A DNA stretch of 64,000 nucleotides from Lama glama (taxonomy: Eukaryota). Every line of letters starts with the position of its first letter. The stretch's first letter is position 1. The stretch lies in the NCBI GenBank assembly GCA_028534125.1, contig CM052816.1, forward strand, positions 38,814,001 to 38,878,000. Reading direction: 5' to 3'. The notes beneath the pieces were generated by a model. That model saw nothing but the letters and a program-made list of their open reading frames with translations, was not told the DNA's origin and made no database searches. Positions 27,331-39,575 of the stretch are shown piece after piece. The position numbers were made by a program, and so were the translations under genes.

Positions 27331-28434
27331 GAAAGGAAAGAACCATAAACATCTGGGGCTTACACATACCTCTTAGGACATCTTCTACACAGGAGAGCTG
27401 AGAGATCATTTCTGACTCTTGTTGAAAAATGACCATTTGGTAATTAATAAATAAACTGACATTTAAATACAGGTTTTTAAGCTCTTTGCTTTTTCTGGCA
27501 TTATCTACCCCATCCTAGTTGCCTGTAAAGATATTTACTCTACCCCTAGATTTGGTTAATCCAAATCTTGGGCTAGTGAGGTCTAAACCACATTAGAAAC
27601 TATCTTCTGATCTGTAAAGGATTCAGATTTCATTCATGGTGCTCTTATGAACATAAACACGTCTATGTCCTTGCATTTAACTCCCAGAATGAGAATGAAG
27701 AGCAACTAACAGCACCTTCTCCATAAAACAGAGGGTGAACTGAGGCAGTGGTAATGGAATGGGGAATAATGCCAAGAAAGAGAGCTCTCAAAGGTAGACT
27801 GGAATGAGATGGTAGAGAGACTTATTGAACAATGAAAGGCTTTGGGCTTTATTCTGAAAGGACTCATTGGAGGCTTTAAACAAGGGTATGACATACTCAT
27901 ATTAACATTTTTAACAGATTTGTCTTTTAAACACAGCAACATGAAGTGTAATCTGGAAAAGAAGTTATTAGCAGGAGAGCTTAAGTTATATACTTTATTA
28001 ACCCTCCTGGTGGGATAGGAAAAGTGTAGCTTTATGAAAATACTCCACTAGGGAGTCAACCTTAAGAGGAAGCAAAGCTTCTGGGTCTCAGAACATTTTC
28101 TCTCACCCACTTGGAGGATTTCTCATTCTTCAGCTTCCAGTGTCCCAGATGAGCTGTTGCCCCAAAGAAGAGTATTTCAACACTGATACATTTTTATTCT
28201 TTCTTGAATATTCTGAGAGTGTTACAGAATACTCATTACTGACGGGAAGCTCGTTTCAGTGAATTTGAGCTTGAGAACACTTGTGACAGGCAAAAGTGAC
28301 GACCAAACCACGGCTGTCTACTGATCAAGGCCACTTCTGTCACATTTCTCACCCAAGCTTCTCTTAAATTAGAGGGAAGCAAAGAAGCAAAAATGCCTCT
28401 AAGTAGAAGTTAGAGTAGAAGGTTTCTATTAATA

Positions 28435-28890
28435 ACATTTTAGGTCTACCATGTGTTAAGCATTTACTTTATTTCCAGGCGTTGTGCAAATACTTGGCAT
28501 ATTTTATTTCATTTACTCTGATAACAATGATAAGAGATATAGAAGCTGAATTTCACCAAGGCTAAGGCACTTACTCAAGGCCACACACACAATTACTAAG
28601 TAGCATCAGAATTCAAGCCTAGGTCCACAGTCCAAGCTCTTTTCTATTGTCTACACTATCCGTAATATGCAGGTATGTACAATGTTAATGGTACTGGATT
28701 TGGAAATAGTGTCAGACAAGCTGTATTCAGATTCTACTAGTCACTAGCTTTGTAAATTTAGACAAATTATTTCACATGACCTTCAGTTTCTTCTTCTGTT
28801 AAGTGGGACCCAGAAAGCTTGACACACAGGCGGTATTTGAGTGTTAAGTAACTAAAGGTCTTAGCTCAACTACCAACATCCACACAATTG
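28435..28890. mobile_element. Two MIR SINE fragments in opposite orientation
   Basis: aggctaaggcacttactcaaggccacac...gaattcaagcctagg (reverse), then ttagacaaattatttcac...cttcagtttcttcttctgt (forward). Confidence 0.55.
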
Positions 28891-29597
28891 ATGTTAGATT
28901 CCTTCCTTTAAATAAATAGTGGATTCCATAACTGGAAACTCTTCTGCCATACACCCGCCAATCTTGGACAATTATGATGCTTGTACATCAAATTTGGGTG
29001 GAAAAGGCAATAGCGTATAAAGGGGAAAGAGATGCTTTATGCTGACCTTCTCCCTAAGATCCTCATGCTATCTTTTTCAATGGGAAGATACCTGTTGGGT
29101 GCCAGGTATTCGCCAGGCATCATGGTAGGCACTGGTGTTACTATTGATAAACAAAACAGGATGGTGCCCGCTCCCATGGAGCTTGCACGTTAGTGAGAAA
29201 AAGAAAAAATACATAAGTGACCACAGAGCATGACATGCATTATGAAGTTCAGGGATATCAATGAGCAGGGTGAGGGCTTCTTTACACAGGATTTCCTAGG
29301 AAGGCTCTCTCAGAGGATGTGACATCTGGTCAAAGATCCAAAGTAAGGGAACACACAGCTGTGTGAGGAGCTGGGACAAGAAGCAATCTAGCTAGAGAGA
29401 GCAACCACTGCTAAGACCCTCAAAAGAAAAGGGTCTGAAGTTTTAAGAGGAGCAGGCACAGGCCAGCGTGACAGGAGCAGAAGGCCAGGAAAAGACAGGT
29501 TTGAGAAATGGCTAGAGAAGGGTCAGGGCCTTGCAAGCCATGTGTTGGAGTGTGGATTTTATATGTGATGGGAAGTCATGGATGGACCTTAGTGAGA

Positions 29598-30083
29598 TGA
29601 GTGGCATGCTGCCCACCCTCTACCCCCCACAAGATGTCCACGTCTGGATCCCTGGAAGCTGTAAATGTATTGCCTTACATGGCAAAAAGGACAATTACAT
29701 GGGTGTGATTAAGTTAAAGATCTTGAGATGGGGAGAGTATCCTGGATTATCCAGGTGGCCCTAAGGTCATCATAAGGACCCCTGTAAGAGGGAGGCAAGA
29801 GGGTCAGACTCAGAAAAGAAGATGTGGTAAAGGAAGTAAAGGTTGAAGTGATACAAGACCATGAGTCTAGGAATGCAAGCAACCTCTAAAGCTGGGAAAG
29901 GCAAAGAAACAGATTCTCCCCTAGAGTCTCTAGAAGGAATGCGGCCCTGCCAATACCTTGATTTCAGCCCAGGGGAGAGGATTCCTGACTTCTGACTTCT
30001 AGAACTGTACAGAAATAAATTTATGTTGTATTAAGCCGCTAAATTTATGACAACTTGCTACAGCCACAGTAGAAAGCTAATGA
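29598..30083 (+). mobile_element. MLT1D-like ERVL-MaLR solo LTR
   Basis: aagatgtccacgtc..ccttacatggcaaaaaggac..gattaagttaaagatcttgagatggggag..aaacagattctcccctagag..aataaatttatgttgtattaagcc. Confidence 0.85.
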
Positions 30084-30124
30084 AATGCCCACAAGGCTTC
30101 TGAGTGGAGAATGACTTGGAGGAG

Positions 30125-30230
30125 ATCAAGGGTAGACCTGGGAGGCCAGAGGGGGTGCTATTACTGCAATCCAGGCAATCAAGGGTAGACCTGGAAGGCC
30201 AGCGGGGGTGCTATTACTGCAAAGCAGGCG
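30125..30230 (+). repeat. 53-bp tandem duplication (2 copies, 48/53 identical)
   Basis: atcaagggtagacctgg[g/a]aggccag[a/c]gggggtgctattactgcaa[tc/ag]caggc[a/g] at 30125-30177 and 30178-30230. Confidence 0.95.
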
Positions 30231-33067
30231 TGTCCAAGAGTAACGGAGGCGGCATGCACCTGAGATAAGGAGACATACTGGACACGTTTTGAAGGTGAGG
30301 CTGATAGGACTTGCCACATTCCCTTAGCTTCTAAACCATTCTTCGTTTTGGCAGGAACCGGAACCTCTGGGTACTACTGTCATGCTAGAGTCATCAATCT
30401 TTGAAAGCAAGTGCTGCTTTACTGGGTGACTAATTTGACAAATAATTTACTCAACAACCAGAAAAGGGAAAAAACCAACTCAGAGTCCAGACTGAACAAG
30501 TCTAAAGGCAAACTCTTTGGTTCTGCACTGTCATAAAGAATGGAAGAGCAAGGTCTAAGACAGCAGCAGGCACAGAAGTGGATGCCTTGGAAGGGATAAA
30601 TTGCTTGTAGCCTAATTTTAGGCTCCACAGAATTTCCTCCTTCCAAGAAGTAAGAAGAATGATTTTCTCTATAGTGGAAAAGAGAAGGAAAGTAATGGTT
30701 TTTCGCCCCAGCACCATTTGTCAGATGTCTCTGAGCACCAGTCTCCACTCCTTCATGCAGCCTGCAGGCCAGGGCCCTGCTTGGCTCATCACAATGAGTC
30801 ATTCCTACACACAAGATTTCAGGCTGTGGCCTCTGCCCACAGCCCTCTCAGTGCCGCCCAGAGCTGTCTAAAATGCCACAGGAGACCAACAATGCTGCCC
30901 CATCACACAGTTGGCATTTCGTTTCCAGGGAGAAAACTAAAATGAACCTTTATTCTGCCAAGCTTTCCAGGACCCTGCCTGCACGAGTTCCCTAAAAGTC
31001 AACCAACTCCAGTTCTACCACCCCACATCATCATACCTTTCTCCATCAGCTCCAACAGCCAGTCTCGGCTTCCTCAGGAGGCATCTGGCCCCAGCAGACA
31101 GGTCTTGGGAACTACAGTGTAAGTCCCACTTACCCCGCAGTTTGCACAGTTGCCTTGTTTTCCTGTGTGGGCCACACACTATCCCTCCCCTCTAAGAAAG
31201 CCTCTCTGAATTCCTAACTCTCCCTAGGAGTGAAACCACTTGTCCTCTCATCTCAGAGCCTCCCCATCACAGGGGTTCAGCTCAGTCGGGGGAGGAGGGG
31301 AGCCATTATCATTTTCACCATTAACAGTGGGAGTGCCCACGGGGAACCCCGAGGTTCGGTTTACCAGTGAGAAGTTCTTCTGTGTGGTAAGAGAAGAGGA
31401 AATTGTACACATGAGCTTCACAGCATCACATATGCTCTCCTTCGGCCTGGCCTCCAAATCCCTTGGCCGTGCGCATAATTGCTCTGTTTCTCCAGTACCT
31501 GGTTGTCTCTCGCAGCTTCAGACTTTTCTCAGAGCTTAAGGCAGCTCATCTCAACTGCGCTGAGCTGGTCAGCAGGCCTTGTGTACTTCTTGCCCAGAAC
31601 AGCCGTAACAGATCGTTCTTCTGTTTTTTTAGGTCCACCACTTTTATTTACAGGTCCCATTTCTGCCCCAAACCTGTTACTCTCTAGATTAATGCTGCAC
31701 CTTACCCTCCTTGTACCCCTTAGATCCCCACAATAATTTGTGGGTGACTACCTCTATTTTTAAGTGATGTTGAAACACAAAGTACTTTGCTAAAAGAATA
31801 GCACAGATGCCTGATGCTGGTGAAAAGGTGCCCTCCAGCTCTGATTCCCTCCATCAGAACCAGACCTCATCCCTGGTCTCTATTTTGGGAAGCTTTTCAT
31901 TCCACAGGCCACAAAGGCAACCAATTGCCTGAAGAGAATGGCGCTGTGATGAGCACAGAGGTCACTTTGGATACTGTGTGCTGTTAGTTGATTACACACT
32001 TTCCCAAGGCCGTCCTTGTACAGATGCAGTGAATGCTAAATGGCATGTGCGTCTCGTTCCAGCAATTAGTTTTGATCTCTCTGGCTTAACGCTCTGTTCA
32101 GTTGTTCTGAAAGAGAAAAGAAACGCTCTGCCTCTGCACCATTTACTTTTATATATGCATTCAGTGAAGACTTACTGAAGCCTAGGTCCCTCCTAGGCAT
32201 TGTGAGGGATAAGAATGCATCATCCCCCATCCTCAAGAAGCTAACAGCATAGAGGAGACAAAACACATAAGCAAAATATGACATACAATGCGCTCTAGCA
32301 TTTGGAAGAGGGAGAACAGCCCTTCCTCTATTCAACAAAGATGTGCTAGGCTTGGTTTAAGGCATGAAAATACCAAAGCAAAGGAGGGCCAAAGAGGTCT
32401 CCAGTCATGTGGGGTGAGATGATCATTACACTAGTCAAAAAATTAAATACACAAAATTAGTTTTAAAAATGGTCAATGCAGTTAATAGAAGAGGAATGGG
32501 ATGGGGTGAAGGTTAGCTTAAAGCAGGTAATCTGGAGAGGGGACCCGACCCCTGTGAATGACAAGATGGCTCTAACTGTACAAGACCCAGAGAAAGAACG
32601 ATGCGGGCAGAGGAAACAAGCGCAAAGGCTGTGAGGCAGGCACAGGCTGGGAGCTTTAGGAGAGAAGTGACAGTTCAGCCTCAAAGAATGGGTAAAATGG
32701 CATTTCTGAAAAATAAAATGACATAAGCAAAGGCACAGAACTGGGAGAGCATGAACTGCATGGAGGTGGAAGCAAGCATGGATCTGAATCAAGGTCTGGT
32801 GGACACCTAAAGCTCAGAAGACAAGATATTTATGGAGAGCCCAGGCCCAGGCTCTGGCTGGGGAGCGCATCCTGCAGGCAGGGGCACTGCAGCTTTTAGA
32901 GCGGTCTCTAACGTGGCAAGGATCTGCTACAGGAAGGCTTCTCTGGTGTTTGTGGGAACCGTTTTTGCCTTTGACAAATATTCCTCTGTGCTTTTGTCAA
33001 AGCCTCTTATTTCTTGATAAATATTCATCTTCACGCCTAGGTTTCTTGCAAGATGCTGGGCTATAAA

Positions 33068-33510
33068 ATAGGGCTAGCAAGATAATTTGTTGAGCCCAGT
33101 GCAAGAGGAAAATGTCAGGCCCTTTGTTCAAAATGCAGTTTAAAAGCTTTTTCCTTTCTTCAGCTGTCTCTGCCTTGACTTGTCCTGGCGTTTTGCATTT
33201 GTTATTCAATACAAAATAGCTCCATCAAGCACAAGGATGCTTACCAGACAAGTGCAGACCCTCACAGGTAGAGATCCCTTCCCCCCAGCCCAACACCCAG
33301 CACCTCACAGCAGGGAAAGCATCAGTGGGTGCCGGTGGGGAGCAGGAGGGCCACACCCCATCCCACGAAGGCAGGGAGGTGGAACCACCCACGGGCCAAG
33401 GCTCCAAGCCCCTGGTGCATCGGTGCACGCTCCACTGTTTCTTCTACTTCACTTACAGAATGTAAATTCAAAGATAAAGTCATTAGGAATTTCAAGATGC
33501 TGACTGCATC
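33068..33510 (-). mobile_element. MER45-like hAT-Tip100 element
   Basis: agggctagcaagataatttgttgagcccagtgcaagaggaaaatgtcaggccctttgttcaaaa and ggaatttcaagatgctgac match the MER45 end in reverse. Confidence 0.55.
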
Positions 33511-33669
33511 CTTCTGCTTGTGAGGCTTTGTGTGGAGGCACAGGTGGCACGCCAGAGAAGCCTGCTCTGGTGTGAGGTCTGAGGAGAAAGCCTCCATATA
33601 GAGTTTTTGTTCAGAACTTAAACTCAGTGAGCCACGGTCCTTCAAAACTGCATGTGCCTCTATAGCTTT

Positions 33670-33775
33670 ATAAGATGTCACCATTGCAGGGAACTGAGGG
33701 AAGGGTACATAGGACCTGCCTGTATTATTTTTTTCAACTTCCCATGAATGTACAACTATTTGAAAATAAAAGGTT
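33670..33775 (+). mobile_element. L1MC/ME 3'-end fragment
   Basis: agatgtcaccattgcagggaactgagggaagggtacatagga..ttttcaacttcccatgaat..aaaataaaagg. Confidence 0.65.
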
Positions 33776-36700
33776 ATTACAAAAAGCCTTCACACATATG
33801 CTACTGTTCTGAAGAAATGAAGGAGAGGGGAGGGAAGGAATCCAAGAGCAAGACTGGGAGGATGAAATTAAAGCCACTTGGTAGTACCCAGCTGGACATC
33901 ACAAGTTATCTTGCAGCCCCCGCTGGAAATGCACACCTTGTCCACAAGATAGGAAGGGATGAAAGGCGAGTGGTCAGGATCACATTCCAAAGGTGAAGGA
34001 CGAATCAGCTTGTTTCTGACCACACTCCCCTTTTAGCCTGTTCAAATCCATGTACAAGGAGCACACTGCACTGCTATGCTCTCTGGAACTACAAAACAAG
34101 ACAATTGCATTTTACGCAAGGAATGCATTCTCAAGAGCTACAGAATCCCAGACTAGTCTTGACAAAGAATGAATGGTAGGTACTTCCAGTTGCCACCTAA
34201 AGGAGTGGCAGCAGAGCGAACAGAATCCTCTTGGCCCATACACTTTGAAATTCTTGTTTTTTTATTTAATTTGAGAGTATTCACCTGATTCCTGATTTTG
34301 TGCCTGATGTTTACATAATACTATTGCCAACTGGCACAATTCAAATCGGCAGAAAAGGATCCACACGGATTTTTAAAGGGATATTGCTGGAATTGAGTAA
34401 ACCAACATATATGAAGCATCTAGCACAACCCCTGGAACAAAACAGGCAGAAAATTAAAGGTAGCCAATTCTTATTACTATTATAGTCAGTAATATTTCCA
34501 ATAAATCACAGTCTCTGATCCCAAAGAGTAGTATCTCTAAGCTACAAAGTTGGGTGTGTTCCCTGTTTTTTTAAAAATCTATATGAATAGAAGTACAGCT
34601 CATAGAGCGAAAACACTTTATAAGAAAATACCATTTAGCATTGAGATTCTAAGTGTTTTTCCAATGAAGGGAAAATTAATACCCAGGCAATTCTTCTGCT
34701 TTCGTGCAAATGTGGAACAGAGAAACAAATTAAACCTGCTTCATCCCAAAGCTTTGTTCTAGTCAGCGATTAGAATACTTCTTGTATTATGTTATTTTTC
34801 TTTGCTCACGTCATGGGGGAAGGGCTAGTAGTCAATGAGATTTGTGAATTAAAAGCAAACAGTGCAGAAGCCCTCTGCATGGTCGTTCCCTGAATGGAGA
34901 TAAGTAGCCTACAGGCATCCTCTGCTCCTGGGTGACAGCTAATGGGTGAGGGATGTTCAGGTAGCAGCGCAGGGCCAGGGCACCGGAGTCAGAGCACCCA
35001 GTACTGTTGTCACCCAGTCTCAAGTCAAGCTTCCCTTTGGGTCTGGCCGCTGTCACCATCATCTGTCCTGGACAACACATCCTCCAGAGCCAGTCTCACA
35101 TTGTGGTGGGGCCTCAAGGATTAAAAGAAGGCCACAGCTGCCAGACAAGCGCCTTTCAGAGGATTCCAGGGAGAGAGAAATCTTTCTGAAAACTGAACTA
35201 GGGAGACTTGTCTCTGGAGATGTGATGTCACAGCTGTAAGGAAGCACAGCAGAACACCAGAAACTTATTCCAGAAGAGACTTCCGTGCTGGTACCAGGAG
35301 CACAGGCTCCTTCACAATCGTCCATCACTGTGTGTTTAACCGAGCACTTCCTCTGCACTCAGCACCGTCTTAGCAACTATCTGTGGAAAAACACACAACG
35401 TCTGCTCAGATGGAGCTGGTGTCTACGTTGGTCCATAATGCCCACACGAAATAGCTCATCTAACGAGAGATGAAAAGCACCAGCGTTGGTTCTTACAGAC
35501 CAGCCCAGGCCCCAGTGCTGCCAACCTTCTGCCTGAGGGGAACTGAGCAAGTCAGCGAGCTTTTCCAAGCCTTAGTCCTGAACTGTAAGACGGCGGTAAG
35601 AGCAGACTGACCCCCCAAGGTGAATGTGAGCGTGCGGGGAACCTGGCCTTCATAAACAAATCCCACTTCATGGAGACAGTCCGTGTTGCGGGCAGGTAAG
35701 CCTCGGTTCACATCCTGGTTTTACCGCCTATTAGCTGCATTTCCTTGGTCAAATGACTTAACGCCACTCGCCCCCATTTCCTCCTTTGTAGAATGCAGAT
35801 AACGTAACCCGCATAGTGAGGCGGTTTTACAACCTTGCCCAACTCAACAAAGAGAATCATGGCAAACCTTTCTGGATGCGAAGAATCAGGGCCAGTCTGT
35901 GGCCATTTAATTTTCACTCCAGACAAGGACAAACAGCATTCAGAAGTCACCTACACTATTTTCAGCAGTATGCTTGTGAAACTTGTCTTCCCTTTTTCAA
36001 AGGTTTAAGCCATTCAGAAGATTTCTTGAGGCTAAACAGAGTTTTTCTAGAAACTCCCAGTCAAATATACGGACATAACAAAGTAACTACTACAAAGAGC
36101 AGCAGGTGTTCTGACCCTCTTTATCACCTCCCTGAGGTTTCACAGTGGGTCACAGGATGGGCTACCTCACTAGAGGCAGGTTAATAGGAAGATTTCTCTC
36201 TGTCACTGACTAGATATACTAAGCCAGTGGGCCACTATAATTTTCAGATGCACAGAGAATTCTCACTGGAATTTGGCACATTACACTTTCTCTCCCCATT
36301 TATAAACCTGTCATTATCTTCGGAAAGGGGCAGGGGGTGGTATTCTGACCTTACGACATCTTACTTAAGAACAATAAATCACAGTCCTGATTTGCTAATC
36401 TCATTTGGTTCCTTGGAGAAAGAAGAGATTTTTTAATTATGTTGTGGCTTCTAGGGGAGCATAGAGACCCAAATATAGAGTATCTGAGGGAGAATCTCCA
36501 AGATGAGATGATTAATTGACTTAAAGGTGCACAGCACCGTGCTTGTGTGTGGTTAAGAACTCAATTTCAATACATATGAGCACAAAAAAGAAAAACAAGA
36601 GAACCACAAGAGGCACTGTATAATTCAGCACTCAGTTATATGGCACAGGCATGCTTGGTAGGAAGAGAAAGAATGGTGATGACTACATGAAGCAAAAATG

Positions 36701-36944
36701 ACACTAAGAGGAAGAATTCGAGCTGGATCTTGAAGGACGGCTAGAATATGAATGAGAGGAAAAGAGACTGGAGGGCATGAATGGTCAGGGAAACTTGAGT
36801 GTAGGCAGAGAAGGAATGAGCGGTATGCTCCCGGGTCACTGAGGACCATTAATGAAATTGATATAAATGGTGGGGCCAGTTTACAGAGGGCATTGGGAAT
36901 CAGCAGGAGAGCCCTGACTGGATATTTTGATGTGTTCATGAGCT

Positions 36945-37598
36945 TATCAATCTGGGTCCATTCAGGAGATAAAAATCACACAGTCAGAATACTATTGCAC
37001 GCTGTCTGCAGTGGGACAGCTGCAGAAGCAAATGTCCATAGTATTGGTGAACTGAGGCTGACGCTTGAGCAGACAAAGGGAGTTGGGTGCTGGGGTCCCA
37101 CCGTGCATGCTGCTGGAACTGAGGTTTGAAGAGGCCTCCTTCTGTAAGAAGCTAGTGTACTTTTGGGTACCTCAGGCCAGGGGGTCCAGTTCCCTACATG
37201 ACCAGCCCTACAGGGCTGAATAAAGGGTTTACAGAGCAGAAACTTGGGCCAGAGCACAGGATCCATTGTCTGGGGCTCCCACTATGCCACTGTTGCCCAT
37301 AAAATGAACTGAGGGCCTCTGGGGAAGCTATATCCTGCAAGCCCTTAGCACTGGCACAAACCTCGAGGGCTGAGAAGTGGAGAAAAATACAGTCCTCTCT
37401 AGCTTCCTTGGAAGTATCCACAGCAACCAGAAAAAACAGCCCTTCTTCCTGCAGTGCCTCTCCAGTGCTCTGTACTGGCAAAGTTTAACTTCATGCTAGC
37501 TGGCAAAGGAAAATTATTTAAAGGTCTGAGATCCATCTTCAGAAATCAGGCAATGAAGGATAAGAGCTGAGAGTCAATAAACTGTCAACTGTCACCAT
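36945..37598 (-). mobile_element. Second LTR41-like ERVL solo LTR
   Basis: gctagctggcaaaggaaaattatttaaagg..gagatccatcttcag..caggcaatgaagg..gagctgagagtcaataaa; collinear with 8118-8950. Confidence 0.6.
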
Positions 37599-37816
37599 GG
37601 GCAGTGCAATGGAAGCAGATCTTTGGAGCAACATCAGGCGGCTTGGATTACACTGTCAAGATTGTACAGGCATTGGAGAAGCTCAGCCAGGAGGCTGCTG
37701 TAGTGGCACAGAGATGCCAAGGCCTTGGGCCACAGTGATGTCTGCAGGAATGAACTAGAGGGGTAGGACAAGATACTTCAAAGGAAAGGGAGAATTCTTC
37801 CTCCAGGTTATCACAC

Positions 37817-38178
37817 TGCCTTAGTCCATTCAGGTTGCTTAATAAAAGTACCACAGACCTGGTGACTTAAAAACAAACATTTATTGCTCACAGTACTGGA
37901 GACTGCGCGATCCAAGATCAAGGCTCCAACAGATTCGGTGTCTGGTGCAGATCTACTTTCTGGTTCTTGGATGGCTGTCTTTTCCATGTGCCCTAACGTG
38001 GCAGAATGTGGAGGGAGCTCTCTGGAGTCTCTTTTATAAGAGCACTAATCCCATTCATGGGGGCTCCATCCTTAAGACCTAATCACCTCCCAAGGTCCCC
38101 ACCTCCAAATACCATCACACTGAGGGTTAGGATTTCAGTATATGAATTCTGGGGGGACAAAACATTGAGTTCATAACA
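37817..38178 (-). mobile_element. MLT1A/MLT1A0-like MaLR solo LTR
   Basis: tgccttagtccattcaggttgct...atttattgctcacagt..gcactaatcccattcatg..ttcataaca; flanks cacac/caccc look like a mutated 5-bp TSD. Confidence 0.85.
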
Positions 38179-39359
38179 CACCCCAATTTTTCAAAAGCAA
38201 AAAAAGTGGGAGATCTGCAAAGAGATTAGAGAAACAAAGCCACTTTTCCTCTAGTCAGTAGCATCTGCTGAGTAAGCCAATCCATGTACAGATAAACATC
38301 TGAATCCACTGAGAACCAGAACCAGAACACTGCCTCTCAGGAGAACTGGGTTGCTCCTTTCATAATGAGGGGCAAAAAGTGGGCCAGGCAAAGGATCACG
38401 AGTCATAATGGACATGTTGGGTTTGGAAAAATTCCAGAATCTAAGAACATGGCCAGAAAAGGGGCTAAGGAACTGTCAAGATTGAGAGAGGCCAAAGCCC
38501 ATGTAGGTCCTTAGTGCCTAGCACGATGACTGGCAGAAGGTGCATACACTTAGTAAGCACTGGTGGGAGGAAGGAAGAAAGGGAGAGAGGGTGGGAAAGA
38601 GAGAGAAATCCTTTAAAACATATGCTATTAATGCAGGAGGGGCAGGGCTGGACACAGACCCTAAAAGCAGCCTCTCTGGATGCAATCACAGAGGGAGGCA
38701 GAGCCAGGAGTAAGTGCCTGGCCTTGGAGCCGTCAGCCTCTACCTGTGGGCTGTGGGAGGTTCCCATCCAAGTATAACCAGAGGCAAGTCCTGAATCCTC
38801 CAAATCCCTGAGTAAGGGACAGAGAGCCTTAAGTGAGCTCTGTCACCAAATGACAAGAATCCAGGCACAGGAACCACCCACTCAGATCATCATGCTCTCT
38901 TCCAAGACACGACAGTAAAATTGTGCAAGTTCCCTCCCTCTCTGCCCTCTCCCTCCACCCCAACCCCAGCCCCAAGGCCCGGCCCAGCCTTCCTCCCAGT
39001 AAGACCATCAATGGTTCTGGAGCAGGAGCTTTTTTTGCACAGCTCCCCTCAGTCCTAGGGGTATGTAAGTGATGCTCCATCTGCACCTCAGTGGACCCCA
39101 GATGTGGGAGAGAAGGACCCTTCACCACAAGCTGTTATGCACCTCACAGAGGACAGTGCTGTTACCCCCACTTTATAAACGAGGACACTGAGATTCTGAG
39201 CAAGTACCCCCCTGTCCATGCAGCCTCTAATGCTTAAAGGGAAAAAAAAAAGACATATATAAAAACTTACTTAAAAAAATTACTCTGTCACTCATTTTGA
39301 AGTTTCTTAGCTAACTAATTTCTAGTTTCTCCTTCCTCACTTTCATCAAATTCTCCATA

Positions 39360-39575
39360 ATAATGAAAGCTGACATGTACAGATCACTTACGAAGTGCCA
39401 GATAGTGTTCTGAACACTACACGTATATTAACATAATCCTTATAACAACCCTATTTTGCAGATAAGGAAACTAGATAGAGTTAAGAAACTTTCTGCAGGT
39501 CACACAAGTGGCCTAGTAACGTGGTGCAGTGAGGCCACAAACCCAGCTCTTCTGGCTCTAGAATCCATCTGCACA
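39360..39575 (-). mobile_element. MIR SINE
   Basis: aatccttataacaaccct..ttttgcagataaggaaact..gttaagaaactttctgcaggtcacac. Confidence 0.7.

Larger units (their letters stand above)
29090..30320 (-). mobile_element. LINE-2 remnant interrupted by an MLT1 LTR
   Basis: gccaggcatcatggtaggcactgg...cccatggagcttgcac; L2 resumes after 30083. Confidence 0.6.

Noticed and set aside
30125..30230. CRISPR-like repeat or other prokaryotic system
   Set aside because: Only two adjacent copies with no spacers, and the whole window is mammalian intron-rich DNA.
30419..39128. Dense cluster of overlapping 60-130 aa ORFs suggesting a nested gene
   Set aside because: Overlapping on both strands in GC-richer, partly LTR-derived DNA, with no domain motifs or consistent splice phases; expected by chance.
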